Below are positions 18,226 through 27,121 of a DNA stretch of 35,637 nucleotides, piece after piece (within the stretch, counting starts at the first letter, position 1; the number at the start of each line of letters is the position of its first letter). Both the position numbers and the translations under genes were made by a program. The stretch is from Armatimonadota bacterium (lineage in GTDB: Bacteria; Armatimonadota; Zipacnadia; Zipacnadales; UBA5352): contig JAYENL010000248.1 of the NCBI GenBank assembly GCA_034722055.1, positions 33,404-69,040 of the forward strand, in the 5' to 3' direction. The notes under the pieces are model-generated. The model was not told the origin of the DNA and made no database searches. It saw only the letters and a list, made by a program, of their open reading frames with translations.

Positions 18226-18891
18226 ATGAAGCGGCGAGGTTTTACCCTGATCGAGCTGCTCGTCGTGATCGCGATCATCGCGATCCTGGCTGCGATCCTC
18301 TTCCCAGTCTTTGCCAGGGCTCGGGAGAAGGCGCGGCAGACAAGCTGCTTGAGCAATGTCAAGCAGATCATGCTTGGCGTACTTATGTACGCCGGAGACT
18401 ACGACGAGCGGCTGCCCCGTTACGGCGGCTACAACCCGCCGTCCGAGCTTCTTGACCCGGCCCATGGACTCAGTTACTGGTGGCTGAAGGTGGAGCCCTA
18501 CATCAAGAACGAACAGATCCTCGTCTGTCCCAGCGGCTACCGGGTGGCCATCCAGTCCGGTGGGGAGCGCAACTACGAGTACGATGTGGACTACGGCTGG
18601 AACACCTTCCTCCACGGAGACTCCTTGGCCAATATCAAGGAGCCGGCCTACGTCATCTGCATCTTCGATGACGAGCGCAACAACTATGGGCGCTGGTACA
18701 ACGAGTACGAGGCTGGGGCGAAGAACTACCCCTGGGACGCCGACAAGCATAATGACGGCTGCAATTACGGTCTGCTGGACGGCCACGCGAAGTGGGTTGC
18801 TGCCGAGGCGGTCCCGCAATCCAAGAACGGCTATCCCTACCCCCCCTATGCCAAGCGCGAGTTCCGGTTCCGCGAGAGCTGGAATCCGTGA
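18226..18891 (+). CDS. Prepilin-type N-terminal cleavage/methylation domain protein, DUF1559 / H-X9-DG family
   Basis: [44 protein letters not shown] and C-terminal [16 protein letters not shown]. Confidence 0.95.
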   Translation: MKRRGFTLIELLVVIAIIAILAAILFPVFARAREKARQTSCLSNVKQIMLGVLMYAGDYDERLPRYGGYNPPSELLDPAHGLSYWWLKVEPYIKNEQILVCPSGYRVAIQSGGERNYEYDVDYGWNTFLHGDSLANIKEPAYVICIFDDERNNYGRWYNEYEAGAKNYPWDADKHNDGCNYGLLDGHAKWVAAEAVPQSKNGYPYPPYAKREFRFRESWNP

Positions 18892-18938
18892 TGGCAGACT
18901 GTATGGCCTCAGGTTGCTCGCGTGAGGCAAGAGGGAAC

Positions 18939-18970
18939 ACAGGGCCCATCCGACAGCGGATGGGCCCTGT
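18939..18970. terminator. Hairpin between convergent genes, possible bidirectional terminator
   Basis: ACAGGGCCCATCCG-ACAG-CGGATGGGCCCTGT forms a perfect 14-bp stem, but there is no clear U-tract. Confidence 0.6.
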
Positions 18971-18990
18971 CCGTGAGTGCGCGGTCTGTT

Positions 18991-20052
18991 CTACTGGTAG
19001 GTGAGGAGCACCCCCAGGCTGTACTCCGTGCCCTCCACGATCATGTCGTAGGCATCCGGCGCGTCCTCGAAGGGGAAGCGGTGGCTGATGAGGCCGCTGA
19101 CCGCGAAGGAGCCGTCGGCGACGCGGCGGAGCAGCTCCACGAAGTTCCGCCGCGTCGTCCACCGCACGTAGGCCCGGGGGTAGTCCTGGCCCAGGTGGTA
19201 CTCGGGATCATGATAGCCGGGGCCGGTGCGGCTGGAGGGCCTGATGTCCATGTTGCCGAAGGCCACCGGCATGGAGATCTCGGCGGTGATGCCGCCGACC
19301 ACCACCATGTCGCCGACCTGATGCCCGTCGGGCGCCTTCAGCGAGGCGTCTGCGAGCTGGCGCATGACCTCGTCGCCCCGGCCGCCGTAGGCCAGCAGGG
19401 AGCCGTCGATGCCCACGCCGTCGGCCCACTCCACCAGCGCCTCGCTCAGATCCCGCTTCGTGGGGTTGATGGCGATCTCCGCCCCGTGGGCCACCGCCAC
19501 CTCCAGCCTGCGGTCATCGAGGTCCACGGCCGCCACCCGGCCGCCGGACAGCCCGATGAGCTGCGTTGCGAACTGCCCCACCAGCCCCTGGCCGACCACG
19601 GCGTAGAAGCCACCCAGCTCCGGGTCCAGCCGCCGCACCGCCTGCATCGACGTCCCCGCCAGGCAGACCATGACTGCATCGTCGAAGCTGACGCCCTCAG
19701 GAATGGGCACCGTGACCATAGGGTGGCCCACGTTGTAGTCGCAGTGGTTGTAGCACTCTCCGGCCATGCCGATGACCCGCTGGCCGACCTCGAAGCCCTC
19801 GGCCTCATCTCCCACCGCGATGACCGTGCCGGCGGTCGAGTAGCCGGTGGTGCGCGGCTCGGCATCCGTCGGGTTCTCCCGCCGCCGCGCCAGGCCCCCG
19901 CACTCGGTTCCGGCGCTTATCAGGCTCACCGCGGTCTCCACCACGACCTCCCTGGGCCCCAGCTCGGGCATCTCGATCTCATCGACGGTGACCGAGCCGT
20001 CGCCGTGAATGAGCACCGCCCGTCGAGTCTCCGGAATGTCCGCCATCGTCAT
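18991..20052 (-). CDS. Medium-chain dehydrogenase/reductase (alcohol/sugar dehydrogenase-like; catalytic Zn Cys absent)
   Basis: SLISAGTE, GYSTAGTV, Rossmann GQGLVG, LISHRFPFEDAPDAY. Start is 20052 or 20046. Confidence 0.85.
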   Translation of the reverse strand: MTMADIPETRRAVLIHGDGSVTVDEIEMPELGPREVVVETAVSLISAGTECGGLARRRENPTDAEPRTTGYSTAGTVIAVGDEAEGFEVGQRVIGMAGECYNHCDYNVGHPMVTVPIPEGVSFDDAVMVCLAGTSMQAVRRLDPELGGFYAVVGQGLVGQFATQLIGLSGGRVAAVDLDDRRLEVAVAHGAEIAINPTKRDLSEALVEWADGVGIDGSLLAYGGRGDEVMRQLADASLKAPDGHQVGDMVVVGGITAEISMPVAFGNMDIRPSSRTGPGYHDPEYHLGQDYPRAYVRWTTRRNFVELLRRVADGSFAVSGLISHRFPFEDAPDAYDMIVEGTEYSLGVLLTYQ

Positions 20053-20065
20053 CATCTCCTTACGG

Positions 20066-20112
20066 GAGCTATTAGCTGCAAGCTACAAGCGGCAAGCAAA
20101 CGGCTGAACGGC
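20066..20112. repeat. Heptamer tandem repeat (AAGCKRC) followed by ACGGCTGAACGGC
   Basis: tagctgc aagctac aagcggc aagcaaa cggctgaacggc. The same units recur at 24726-24791. Confidence 0.7.
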
Positions 20113-20263
20113 GGGCACGCGCGGCAGATTGCAGGACTGGCAGCATAGCCGGGCCGGGGCGGAGGCCTACGGGCTATGACGGTAACAGTCGCGTGGAATC
20201 TGGTGCTGACTCGCAGAAGTTCATGTGCTCTGCCGCGTCCCGACAAGATGCCCGGGCCCACCA

Positions 20264-20480
20264 TGGAGGGGCCGCCGCGAGCGAAGCGAGCGGTGGGAGG
20301 TCCGGAGCGGGGCGAAGGACCTTCCAGGTTCCACCCCGGCCCACACGGTATGCAGCCCAAGCGCCGTCGTCAGCGTGCCGCCTGCCTTGGGGCATAGCGC
20401 TCTGGGCCGGGGTGGAACCTTCGGCCTTCTCGCTACGCTCACAGGCCTCACCGGGCGCTACGCGCCCGGCGGCCCCTCCA
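20264..20480. mobile_element. 217-bp nested inverted-repeat element (long REPIN/MITE-like)
   Basis: 14-bp perfect TIR (20264-20277/20467-20480), 11/12 IR (20279-20290/20429-20440), 18-bp perfect IR (20326-20343/20403-20420). Confidence 0.75.
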
Positions 20481-20560
20481 CCAGCCACCACGCGCACCTT
20501 CCAGGCCTCCAAGCGCTGAGCACGCTCGTCCTGGATATGCGCGGAATTGCGCATGTCACC

Positions 20561-22375
20561 CTACTCCACCTCCACCCGCCCCACCACCAGCACTCCGCGC
20601 TGGCTGGGGCGGAAGCGCCGCTCGAGGTTCTCGATGCGCAGCTCGTTCCGCCCCTCGCGCCACAGGCCCGACACGTCGAATGAGAACACCGGGTCGTAGT
20701 CAGGCGTATCGTACTTCCGGCCCGCCGGCTCGTTCACCTCGAAGTCGGTGTCGTACTTGACCCGCCAGGCCCCGGCAGCCTCATCGAATGCCTCCAGCGA
20801 CGAGTATCCGCCGTGGAAGGGTGTGGCGATCTCCTCCGGCCGCCCGATGGCCTGCTGGGGGCCCAGCGTAGTGCCGTTGAGGCTCAGACGCATCACCGGC
20901 AGCAGCCCGTTCTCCCTGGAGTACTCCACCCGGGCCAGGATCCGGAGCGTCCCGGCCTGCCCCTCCGGCAGCAGCAGCGTGGTGGCGCTCTCCTGCGGAA
21001 GGCGGAAGCCCTCCTGCATGGCCGCAGCCACGGCCTCAGGGTCCTCGATCAGCCGATCGGCAGCCTCCATCTCGCCCAGCCGCTCCTGCAGGAAGGCGAT
21101 GAACTCGTCCCACGTCTCGCGGGCCTGGGGCCCCGCGGCCGCGGCCCGCGCCTGCTGCGCGCTGTCGATCGCATCGGGCAGCGCCGCCCGCGTCACGCCC
21201 TGTTCCTCGATTCGCAGCGCTATCCGCAGCAGCGCCCGGGCGTCCCGCTCCGAGCCGAACCACTCCGCCAGGCTCCCGGCCGCGTAGTCGTCCAGCGTGG
21301 CCTGCGGATGGTCGAGGAAGTAGCTCCAGGCGTCGTAGAAGAGCCTCATGCTGAAGATCGACGCCGGGTCCTCGCCGTAGGTCGCCAGGCCCAGAAAGCC
21401 AGCATCATCGGCGCGCCGGCAGACATCCTGGATGTGCCCGACGAAGAAGCCGTGCACGGAGTTGGTGGACTTGTTCCCCCAGTGCAGGTAGCCGGTGTTG
21501 AGGGCTGTCGGCGGGCGCAGCCCGTCGGGCCAGGCCTCGTCGCTGACCATGCGCGTCAGCGTCCACTGGCAGATGATCTCCTCGGGGACCAGCTCCACCC
21601 ACGCGGGCGGGCTCTCCGCCATCTCAGCCGTGAAGCCCGTGTACGTTGCGTAGCTGAGCCAGGCGTCCGGCGTCAGGTCGTGGGCCAGGCCGGCGACCGG
21701 CCCAGTGGAGATGGCCATGTCCTTATAGTAGTCAGGCGCGTCGCCGGGGATAGCGGCCCGCGCCCGCCTGCAGTCCTCACAGTGGCAGACGAAGAAGTCG
21801 CCGATCTCGAAGTTTACCCCGCCGATCTCGAAGGTCTCCGACAGCCAGCGGTAACCGTCCTTGAGCCACTGCACGTTCTCGGGCTTGCTGGGGCAGAGCG
21901 CGTTGCGGGGCCTGCCGTCCTCGCCGAGCGCGCGCAGCTCCGGATGCTCCTTCAGCCACGTCGTCACGTTGTAGCGGTGGTCGCCCTCGAAATAGTAGCC
22001 CTCATAGCCGCTGGTCCCCACGCCGGGGATGATGCGGATGCCGTGCTGGTTGGCGTAGTCGCAGACCTGCCTGGCCGCGTCCACGCCGCCGTGGCTGTCG
22101 CGCAGGAAGCCCCAGATGATGATGGCGTTGAAGGAGGTCTCGCGGTGCATGTAGTCGATCAGCCGCTGGTAGTCCTGCACGTACTCCTCAGCGGTCTTGT
22201 GGTAGCGCCCGCCGCCGCCCATGGTCCGTCGGCCGGGTGTCTCCCCGGCCCACTCCATGCGGTGGTCCCACGTCCACAGGTAGCGCTGCTGGAAGCCGTC
22301 AGCGTCCGCCGGCATCACGCCGGCGCACGCGACCAGCACAGAGGCGAGTGTCATGTAGCGGGCTATGGATGGCAT
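20561..22375 (-). CDS. Secreted hypothetical protein, glycoside-hydrolase-like TIM barrel plus C-terminal beta-sandwich
   Basis: Signal peptide ending ADA|D; YQRLIDYM....FNAIIIWG, LCPSKPEN, NFEIGD..CHCEDC, terminal GRNELRIEN...VVGRVEVE. Confidence 0.7.
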   Translation of the reverse strand: MPSIARYMTLASVLVACAGVMPADADGFQQRYLWTWDHRMEWAGETPGRRTMGGGGRYHKTAEEYVQDYQRLIDYMHRETSFNAIIIWGFLRDSHGGVDAARQVCDYANQHGIRIIPGVGTSGYEGYYFEGDHRYNVTTWLKEHPELRALGEDGRPRNALCPSKPENVQWLKDGYRWLSETFEIGGVNFEIGDFFVCHCEDCRRARAAIPGDAPDYYKDMAISTGPVAGLAHDLTPDAWLSYATYTGFTAEMAESPPAWVELVPEEIICQWTLTRMVSDEAWPDGLRPPTALNTGYLHWGNKSTNSVHGFFVGHIQDVCRRADDAGFLGLATYGEDPASIFSMRLFYDAWSYFLDHPQATLDDYAAGSLAEWFGSERDARALLRIALRIEEQGVTRAALPDAIDSAQQARAAAAGPQARETWDEFIAFLQERLGEMEAADRLIEDPEAVAAAMQEGFRLPQESATTLLLPEGQAGTLRILARVEYSRENGLLPVMRLSLNGTTLGPQQAIGRPEEIATPFHGGYSSLEAFDEAAGAWRVKYDTDFEVNEPAGRKYDTPDYDPVFSFDVSGLWREGRNELRIENLERRFRPSQRGVLVVGRVEVE

Positions 22376-22401
22376 GGCCGCCGACCTCCGTCTACCGCCG
22401 T

Positions 22402-22513
22402 GGAGGGGCCGCCCTGAGGCTCCAGCGTCATCTGCTGGAGCCGAAGCAGGCCCCGTACTGTCCGGCGGGCCGACTTCGCGCGCTCCTGTGCAGCGCCCTC
22501 AGGCGGCCCCTCC
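22402..22513. mobile_element. ~112-bp non-autonomous TIR element (same family as 9153-9252)
   Basis: GGAGGGGCCGCC ... GGCGGCCCCTCC TIRs. Its right end supplies the last codons and stop codon of the deacetylase gene. Confidence 0.7.
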
Positions 22514-23272
22514 GTCTGGATGCTGCTGCACCTCATCGCGCAGGTACTGCGCGATCTCTGCCACGGGCGCGACCCACACCTGGTCACGGTGGCGGTCCAG
22601 CCAGTCCAGCATCTTCTCGAACTCCGTGGGCGCCGTCCCCAGGCGCGCGCCGCCGATGTAGTGCATGGTCAGGATCAGCCACCGCCCGCGGCGCAGGTTC
22701 AGGTCCATCAGGCCCACGATCTCCTCCCCGCGCGTGTGCTCGATGGGCGTGGACCACAGGCAGGCCAGGTCGCAGTTGTGCGGCGAGTTGCTGAAGGCGT
22801 ACTCCCCGAAGCCGCGCCCGGCGATGAAGTGCCGCGCGATGACCGGCACGTAGCTCTGGCGCGTCTCGCCCGCGCCCACGTGAGTCATGTAGCACGGGTA
22901 GGCGAAGCTGCGGCTCTCGCGCGGGAACAGCTCAGCCAGCCGCCGCTCGGCCTCCAGCACGTCGGCCTCGATGTCCTCGAGGGTCATGTCCTCCAGGCCG
23001 CCGGCGGCCGGCCCGTCCTGGAAGTTCCGCGAGCAGGTGTGGCCGATGGTGTGGTTGCCGATCTCGTGCCCGCGCTCGTGCACCGATACCCACGGCGCCA
23101 GCCGCTCCCGCCAGTCATCGATGCCGCAGGAGAGGTAGAAGGTGCCGCGCCAGCCCAGCTCCTCCATCCGCGGCGCGGCGAGGTTGAGCTGGGTGTCATT
23201 GCCGTCGTCGTAGGTCAGCGAGACCGCCGCCCGATAGTCGCCGGGCCACGCGTCGAAGTTGACCTGCGCCAT
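22499..23272 (-). CDS. Polysaccharide deacetylase (CE4/NodB-like)
   Basis: SLTYDDG, GTFY, HEIGNHTIGH, SFAYP, LILTMH. Confidence 0.9.
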   Translation of the reverse strand: MAQVNFDAWPGDYRAAVSLTYDDGNDTQLNLAAPRMEELGWRGTFYLSCGIDDWRERLAPWVSVHERGHEIGNHTIGHTCSRNFQDGPAAGGLEDMTLEDIEADVLEAERRLAELFPRESRSFAYPCYMTHVGAGETRQSYVPVIARHFIAGRGFGEYAFSNSPHNCDLACLWSTPIEHTRGEEIVGLMDLNLRRGRWLILTMHYIGGARLGTAPTEFEKMLDWLDRHRDQVWVAPVAEIAQYLRDEVQQHPDGGAA

Positions 23273-23534
23273 GATCCGCCTCCCGAAGCGCCAGTGACTG
23301 CATCGGCACTGTGTTCGCGCGAGCCGCCGCGTCATCCTCCCTCGACCCTGACCCGGCGCTGCATCGGGCGCTCCCTGCCCCGTCTCGGTGCGAGCATATG
23401 CCTCGGGAAAGGCATTGCGTTGGTTTTCGGCGGCCGATAAAGGTCCCGCCATGGTGGTGGTGAAATGGCTCAGTCCGTCGCGGGCGGCAGACCCCTATCT
23501 GCCGTCGGGGTGAACCGGCATGGGAGACGGAGAG

Positions 23535-24728
23535 ATGACCTCCCGCGAGCGGATTGCCGCGGCGCTGCGCCATGAGGAGCCGGACCGCGTGCCCGTGGAC
23601 CTGGGGGCCTCAGAGTCCTCCGGCATCATGGGCATCGCCTACAACCGCCTGAGGTCTCACCTGGGCCTCCACGGTCGGACGCAGATATACGACATCACCC
23701 AGATGATCGCCAAGGTCGAGGAGCCGGTGCTGGACACCATCGGCGCCGACGCCATGCCGCTGCTCATCGAGCCCCGCGAGTGGAAGCCGTGGACGCTGCA
23801 GGACGGCTCCCCGTGCGAGATCCCGGCGGGTCTGGAGATCACCGATTGGCACGGCGGCTGGGCCATCCTCCGCGACGATGGCACGCCCGCGGCGCTCTGC
23901 CCCGAGGACGGGCGGTACTTCGACGCCGTCAATCCCCCGCTGGCGGACGCAGAGCGGCCCGGAGATATTGAGGCCGGGATCGAGCACCTCCGGGCTTTCG
24001 ACTGGCCGGATTACCTGGATGAGACCTACCCTGAGCTGCGCGCCAAGGCCCGCTGCCTGCACGAGGAGACCGACCGCTGCATCGTGGCGAACCTGTGGGT
24101 GCACGTCTTCGCGGCCGGCCAGACCCTGCGTGGCTTCGAGAAGTTCATGGTGGACCTGGCGTCCGACAAGCCCCTGGCTCACCAGCTCATGGGCCGGCTG
24201 GTGGACTGCTACACCGAGCGCGTCCAGCGCTACGTCGAGGCCGTCGGCGAGTACGTGGACGTCATCCAGGTCAACGACGATCTCGGCGCACAGACCGGCC
24301 CGCAGCTCTCCCCGGATCTGTACCGGGAGATGGTCAAGCCCTACCACGCGCGGCTGTGGGGGCTGATCAAGGACCTCTCCGGGCGGCCGCTTCTGCTGCA
24401 CTCGTGTGGGTCAATCTGCGACCTGTTGCCGGACCTCATCGAGATCGGCGTGGACGCCATCAACCCGGTGCAGGTGTCGGCGGCCAACATGGATGGCGAC
24501 CTGCTCAAGCGGGAGTTCGGCGACGACCTGACCTTCTGGGGCGGCGGCTGCGACACGCAGCGCGTCCTGCCCCGCGGCACCCCCCAGGAGATCGAAGAGG
24601 AGGTTCACCGTCGCGTGGAGCAGTTCGCGGACGGCGGCGGCTTCGTCTTCTGCCAGGTGCACAACATCCAGCACGACGTCCCGCCCGAGAACGTCATGGC
24701 GATGTACGAGGCGCTGGGGAATCTGTAG
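23535..24728 (+). CDS. Uroporphyrinogen decarboxylase / MtaA-CmuA superfamily protein
   Basis: MTSRERIAAALRHEEPDRVPVDLG, NDDLGAQTGPQLSP, LHSCG, INPVQVSA, FWGGGCDTQ, GGFVFCQVHNIQ. Confidence 0.9.
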   Translation: MTSRERIAAALRHEEPDRVPVDLGASESSGIMGIAYNRLRSHLGLHGRTQIYDITQMIAKVEEPVLDTIGADAMPLLIEPREWKPWTLQDGSPCEIPAGLEITDWHGGWAILRDDGTPAALCPEDGRYFDAVNPPLADAERPGDIEAGIEHLRAFDWPDYLDETYPELRAKARCLHEETDRCIVANLWVHVFAAGQTLRGFEKFMVDLASDKPLAHQLMGRLVDCYTERVQRYVEAVGEYVDVIQVNDDLGAQTGPQLSPDLYREMVKPYHARLWGLIKDLSGRPLLLHSCGSICDLLPDLIEIGVDAINPVQVSAANMDGDLLKREFGDDLTFWGGGCDTQRVLPRGTPQEIEEEVHRRVEQFADGGGFVFCQVHNIQHDVPPENVMAMYEALGNL

Positions 24729-24791
24729 CCCCAAGCGGCAAGCTGCAAGCTACAAGCGACGGCTGAACGGCAGCGACAAGCGACCAGCAAC
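24726..24791. repeat. Heptamer tandem repeat with an ACGGCTGAACGGC core
   Basis: aagcggc aagctgc aagctac aagcgac ggctgaacggc agcgac aagcgac cagcaac. Confidence 0.7.
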
Positions 24792-24858
24792 TTGGCCCAT
24801 CTCCCCCCCGTTCGGGCCGGTGCGGATTCGCGCCCTTTCACTTGTGGGGTGACTGTCA

Positions 24859-25674
24859 ATGGCTGACGATCCGATCCGCGTTCTCGTCTTCGGCGCCCAT
24901 CCTGACGACTGCGACCTCCGCTGCGGCGGGATGGCGATGATGTACCGCGACCGCGGGCACGAGGTGAAGTTCATCTCCATGACCAACGGCGACACCGGCC
25001 ACCACGAGATGGGTGGTGGGCCGCTGGCGCGTCGGCGCTATGAGGAGACCCAGTGCACGGCGCGGGTGGCGGACATCGAGTACGAGGTCTTCGACATCCA
25101 CAACGGTGAGCTGGTGGCGAACCTGTTCTACCGCCGGATGGCCATCGAGGCCATCCGGGAGTTCCGCCCCGACCTGGTCATCTGCCATCGCCCCAATGAC
25201 TACCATCCCGACCACCGCGCGGTGGGGGTGCTGGTGCAGGACGCCATCCACGCGTGCACCATCCCCAACGTCCTGCCCCTGACGCCGGAGATGGAGCGCT
25301 CGCCCGTGCTGGGCTACGCCTACGACCGCTTCACCGACCCCACGCCCTACGTGCCGACCATCGCTATCGACACAGACCAGGTCTTCGAGCGGAAGGTGGA
25401 CATGGTCCACTGCCACGAGAGCCAGATGTACGAGTGGAACCTGCGCTTCAGCGATCCGGTGCCGGAGGATGAGCGCAGGCAGTGGCTGGGCGAGAGGCTG
25501 GCGCAGCGCTTCGGCAACCTGGCCGACGACGCGCGAGAGTGCCTTGTGAGGTGGTACGGCGAGGAGCGCGGGAATGAGGTTCAGACCGCTGAGACGGTGA
25601 TGATCTCGGAGTACGGTGCGGTGCCGGACGAGGAGCGGCTCAGGGGGCTTTTCCCCTTTCTGCCGCAGGGGTGA
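24859..25674 (+). CDS. PIG-L/LmbE-family N-deacetylase
   Basis: FGAHPDDCD, MTNGDTG, RRRYEE, DYHPDHR. Confidence 0.92.
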   Translation: MADDPIRVLVFGAHPDDCDLRCGGMAMMYRDRGHEVKFISMTNGDTGHHEMGGGPLARRRYEETQCTARVADIEYEVFDIHNGELVANLFYRRMAIEAIREFRPDLVICHRPNDYHPDHRAVGVLVQDAIHACTIPNVLPLTPEMERSPVLGYAYDRFTDPTPYVPTIAIDTDQVFERKVDMVHCHESQMYEWNLRFSDPVPEDERRQWLGERLAQRFGNLADDARECLVRWYGEERGNEVQTAETVMISEYGAVPDEERLRGLFPFLPQG

Positions 25675-25679
25675 ACGGC

Positions 25680-25701
25680 ATGCAGGCGGGGGCGCCTGCA
25701 T
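25680..25701 (-). repeat. REP-like hairpin (GGCG-N4-CGCC family)
   Basis: ATGCAGGCG-GGGG-CGCCTGCAT, reading GTAA-TGCAGG... on the minus strand. Confidence 0.7.
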
Positions 25702-25861
25702 TACTGAAGGCGCGGGTCGGCTGCGGCACGAGGGCTACGCGCTCGCCGCTCAGGACGGTCCCCCCGCGGGACGTCGGGCGGCTTCGGCGCGGGCGCTGCG
25801 CACTCGGCCCTCTGGACGGGCCGTCCATGGGACGCCGCCGTGATGACAGGGAGGCGTACCG

Positions 25862-27106
25862 ATGAGCTTTGACCCCGACCAGAAGCGGGCGCTGCGCGAG
25901 GCCATGGGCGAGATGCCCATCGTGGACGCCCATGAGCATCTGCACCCCGAGCCCAAGCGCGTCGAGCGCGACGTGGACATCTTCCTGCTCTTCCACCAGT
26001 ACCTGCGGGTGGACCTGATCCTGGCGGGGATGTCGCCTGAGGAGGCCGACGCGCTCGACGATCCGGATGTGCCCCTCGACCGCAAGTGGGAGCTGCTGGG
26101 GCCGTACCTGGACCTGGTGCGCACTGGAGCGGTGGCCCAGCCGCCGCTGGCAGCCCTGAAGCGCTTCTTCGGCGAGGAGGAGCTGACCGCCGACAACTAC
26201 GAGCCACTCACCGAGCGCATGCGCGAGCACAACAGCTCGGGGCTGTACGAGCGCTGCCTGCGAGAGGCCTGCAACATCACGCTGGTGCTGAACCAGAACC
26301 GGACCATGTGGCAGACCGACCTGTTCCGCCCCATCATGCACGGGCCGGACTTCATCGGCAGCGGCTCCCGTGAGAGCATCATCGAGGCCTGCGCCAAGGA
26401 CGATCGCGAAGCTCCCGGCAGCCTCGACGGTCTGCTGGCGATCATCGAGGAGCGCGTGCGGCGGTGCGAGGCTGAGGGCATGATCGGCGTCAAGGGCCAC
26501 GTCCACCAGTACGTCCCCGGCGATCGCGAGGCCGCCGAGTGGGCCTACCCGCGGCTGATGGCCGGCGACCCGCAGCCTGATGACGGTCGCATCGTGAGCG
26601 CCTTCGTGCTGGACTTCCTCTACGAGCTGTGCGGGGAGCTGGACCTGGTGGCGGTCCAGCACACGGGCGTCTGGGCCGGGATGGGCTCGGACATCACCAG
26701 CATCCGCCCGACGCTGATCTTCCCGCTGGCGAAGGCCCACCCCAACACACGCTTCGACGTCTTCCACGCCGCCACGCCCCAGCCCGCGGACGCCGCCTTC
26801 CTCTGCCGGACGCTGCCGAACATCTACCTCAACGCCTGCTGGAGCCACCTGCTGGCGCCGCGGCTGACGAGGCACGCCTACGACATGTGGCTGGAGATGC
26901 TGCCGATCAACCGCGTCATCGCGTGGGGTGGGGACTACTGGTGGGCCGTCGAGAACGTCTACGGGGTGCTGATGCGCGTGCTCGATCTGCTCGCGGAGGT
27001 CCTGGCTGGGCGCATCGCCGCCGGCGACTTCGATGAGGCGCGCGCGCTGCAGATCGCCCGCCGCTGGCTGCACGACAACCCGCGAGAGATCTACTTCATC
27101 GAGTGA
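25862..27106 (+). CDS. Amidohydrolase-superfamily protein (uronate-isomerase-like architecture)
   Basis: IVDAHEHL, VQHTG, FDVFH, WGGDY and terminal WLHDNPREIY. Confidence 0.8.
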   Translation: MSFDPDQKRALREAMGEMPIVDAHEHLHPEPKRVERDVDIFLLFHQYLRVDLILAGMSPEEADALDDPDVPLDRKWELLGPYLDLVRTGAVAQPPLAALKRFFGEEELTADNYEPLTERMREHNSSGLYERCLREACNITLVLNQNRTMWQTDLFRPIMHGPDFIGSGSRESIIEACAKDDREAPGSLDGLLAIIEERVRRCEAEGMIGVKGHVHQYVPGDREAAEWAYPRLMAGDPQPDDGRIVSAFVLDFLYELCGELDLVAVQHTGVWAGMGSDITSIRPTLIFPLAKAHPNTRFDVFHAATPQPADAAFLCRTLPNIYLNACWSHLLAPRLTRHAYDMWLEMLPINRVIAWGGDYWWAVENVYGVLMRVLDLLAEVLAGRIAAGDFDEARALQIARRWLHDNPREIYFIE

Positions 27107-27121
27107 CGGCCGAGATGTCTG

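Noticed and set aside
23273..23534. Cobalamin or other riboswitch upstream of the UroD-like gene
   Set aside because: Only a short hairpin (CGGCAGA/TCTGCCG) is visible and I could not find B12-box motifs. An Rfam scan would settle it.
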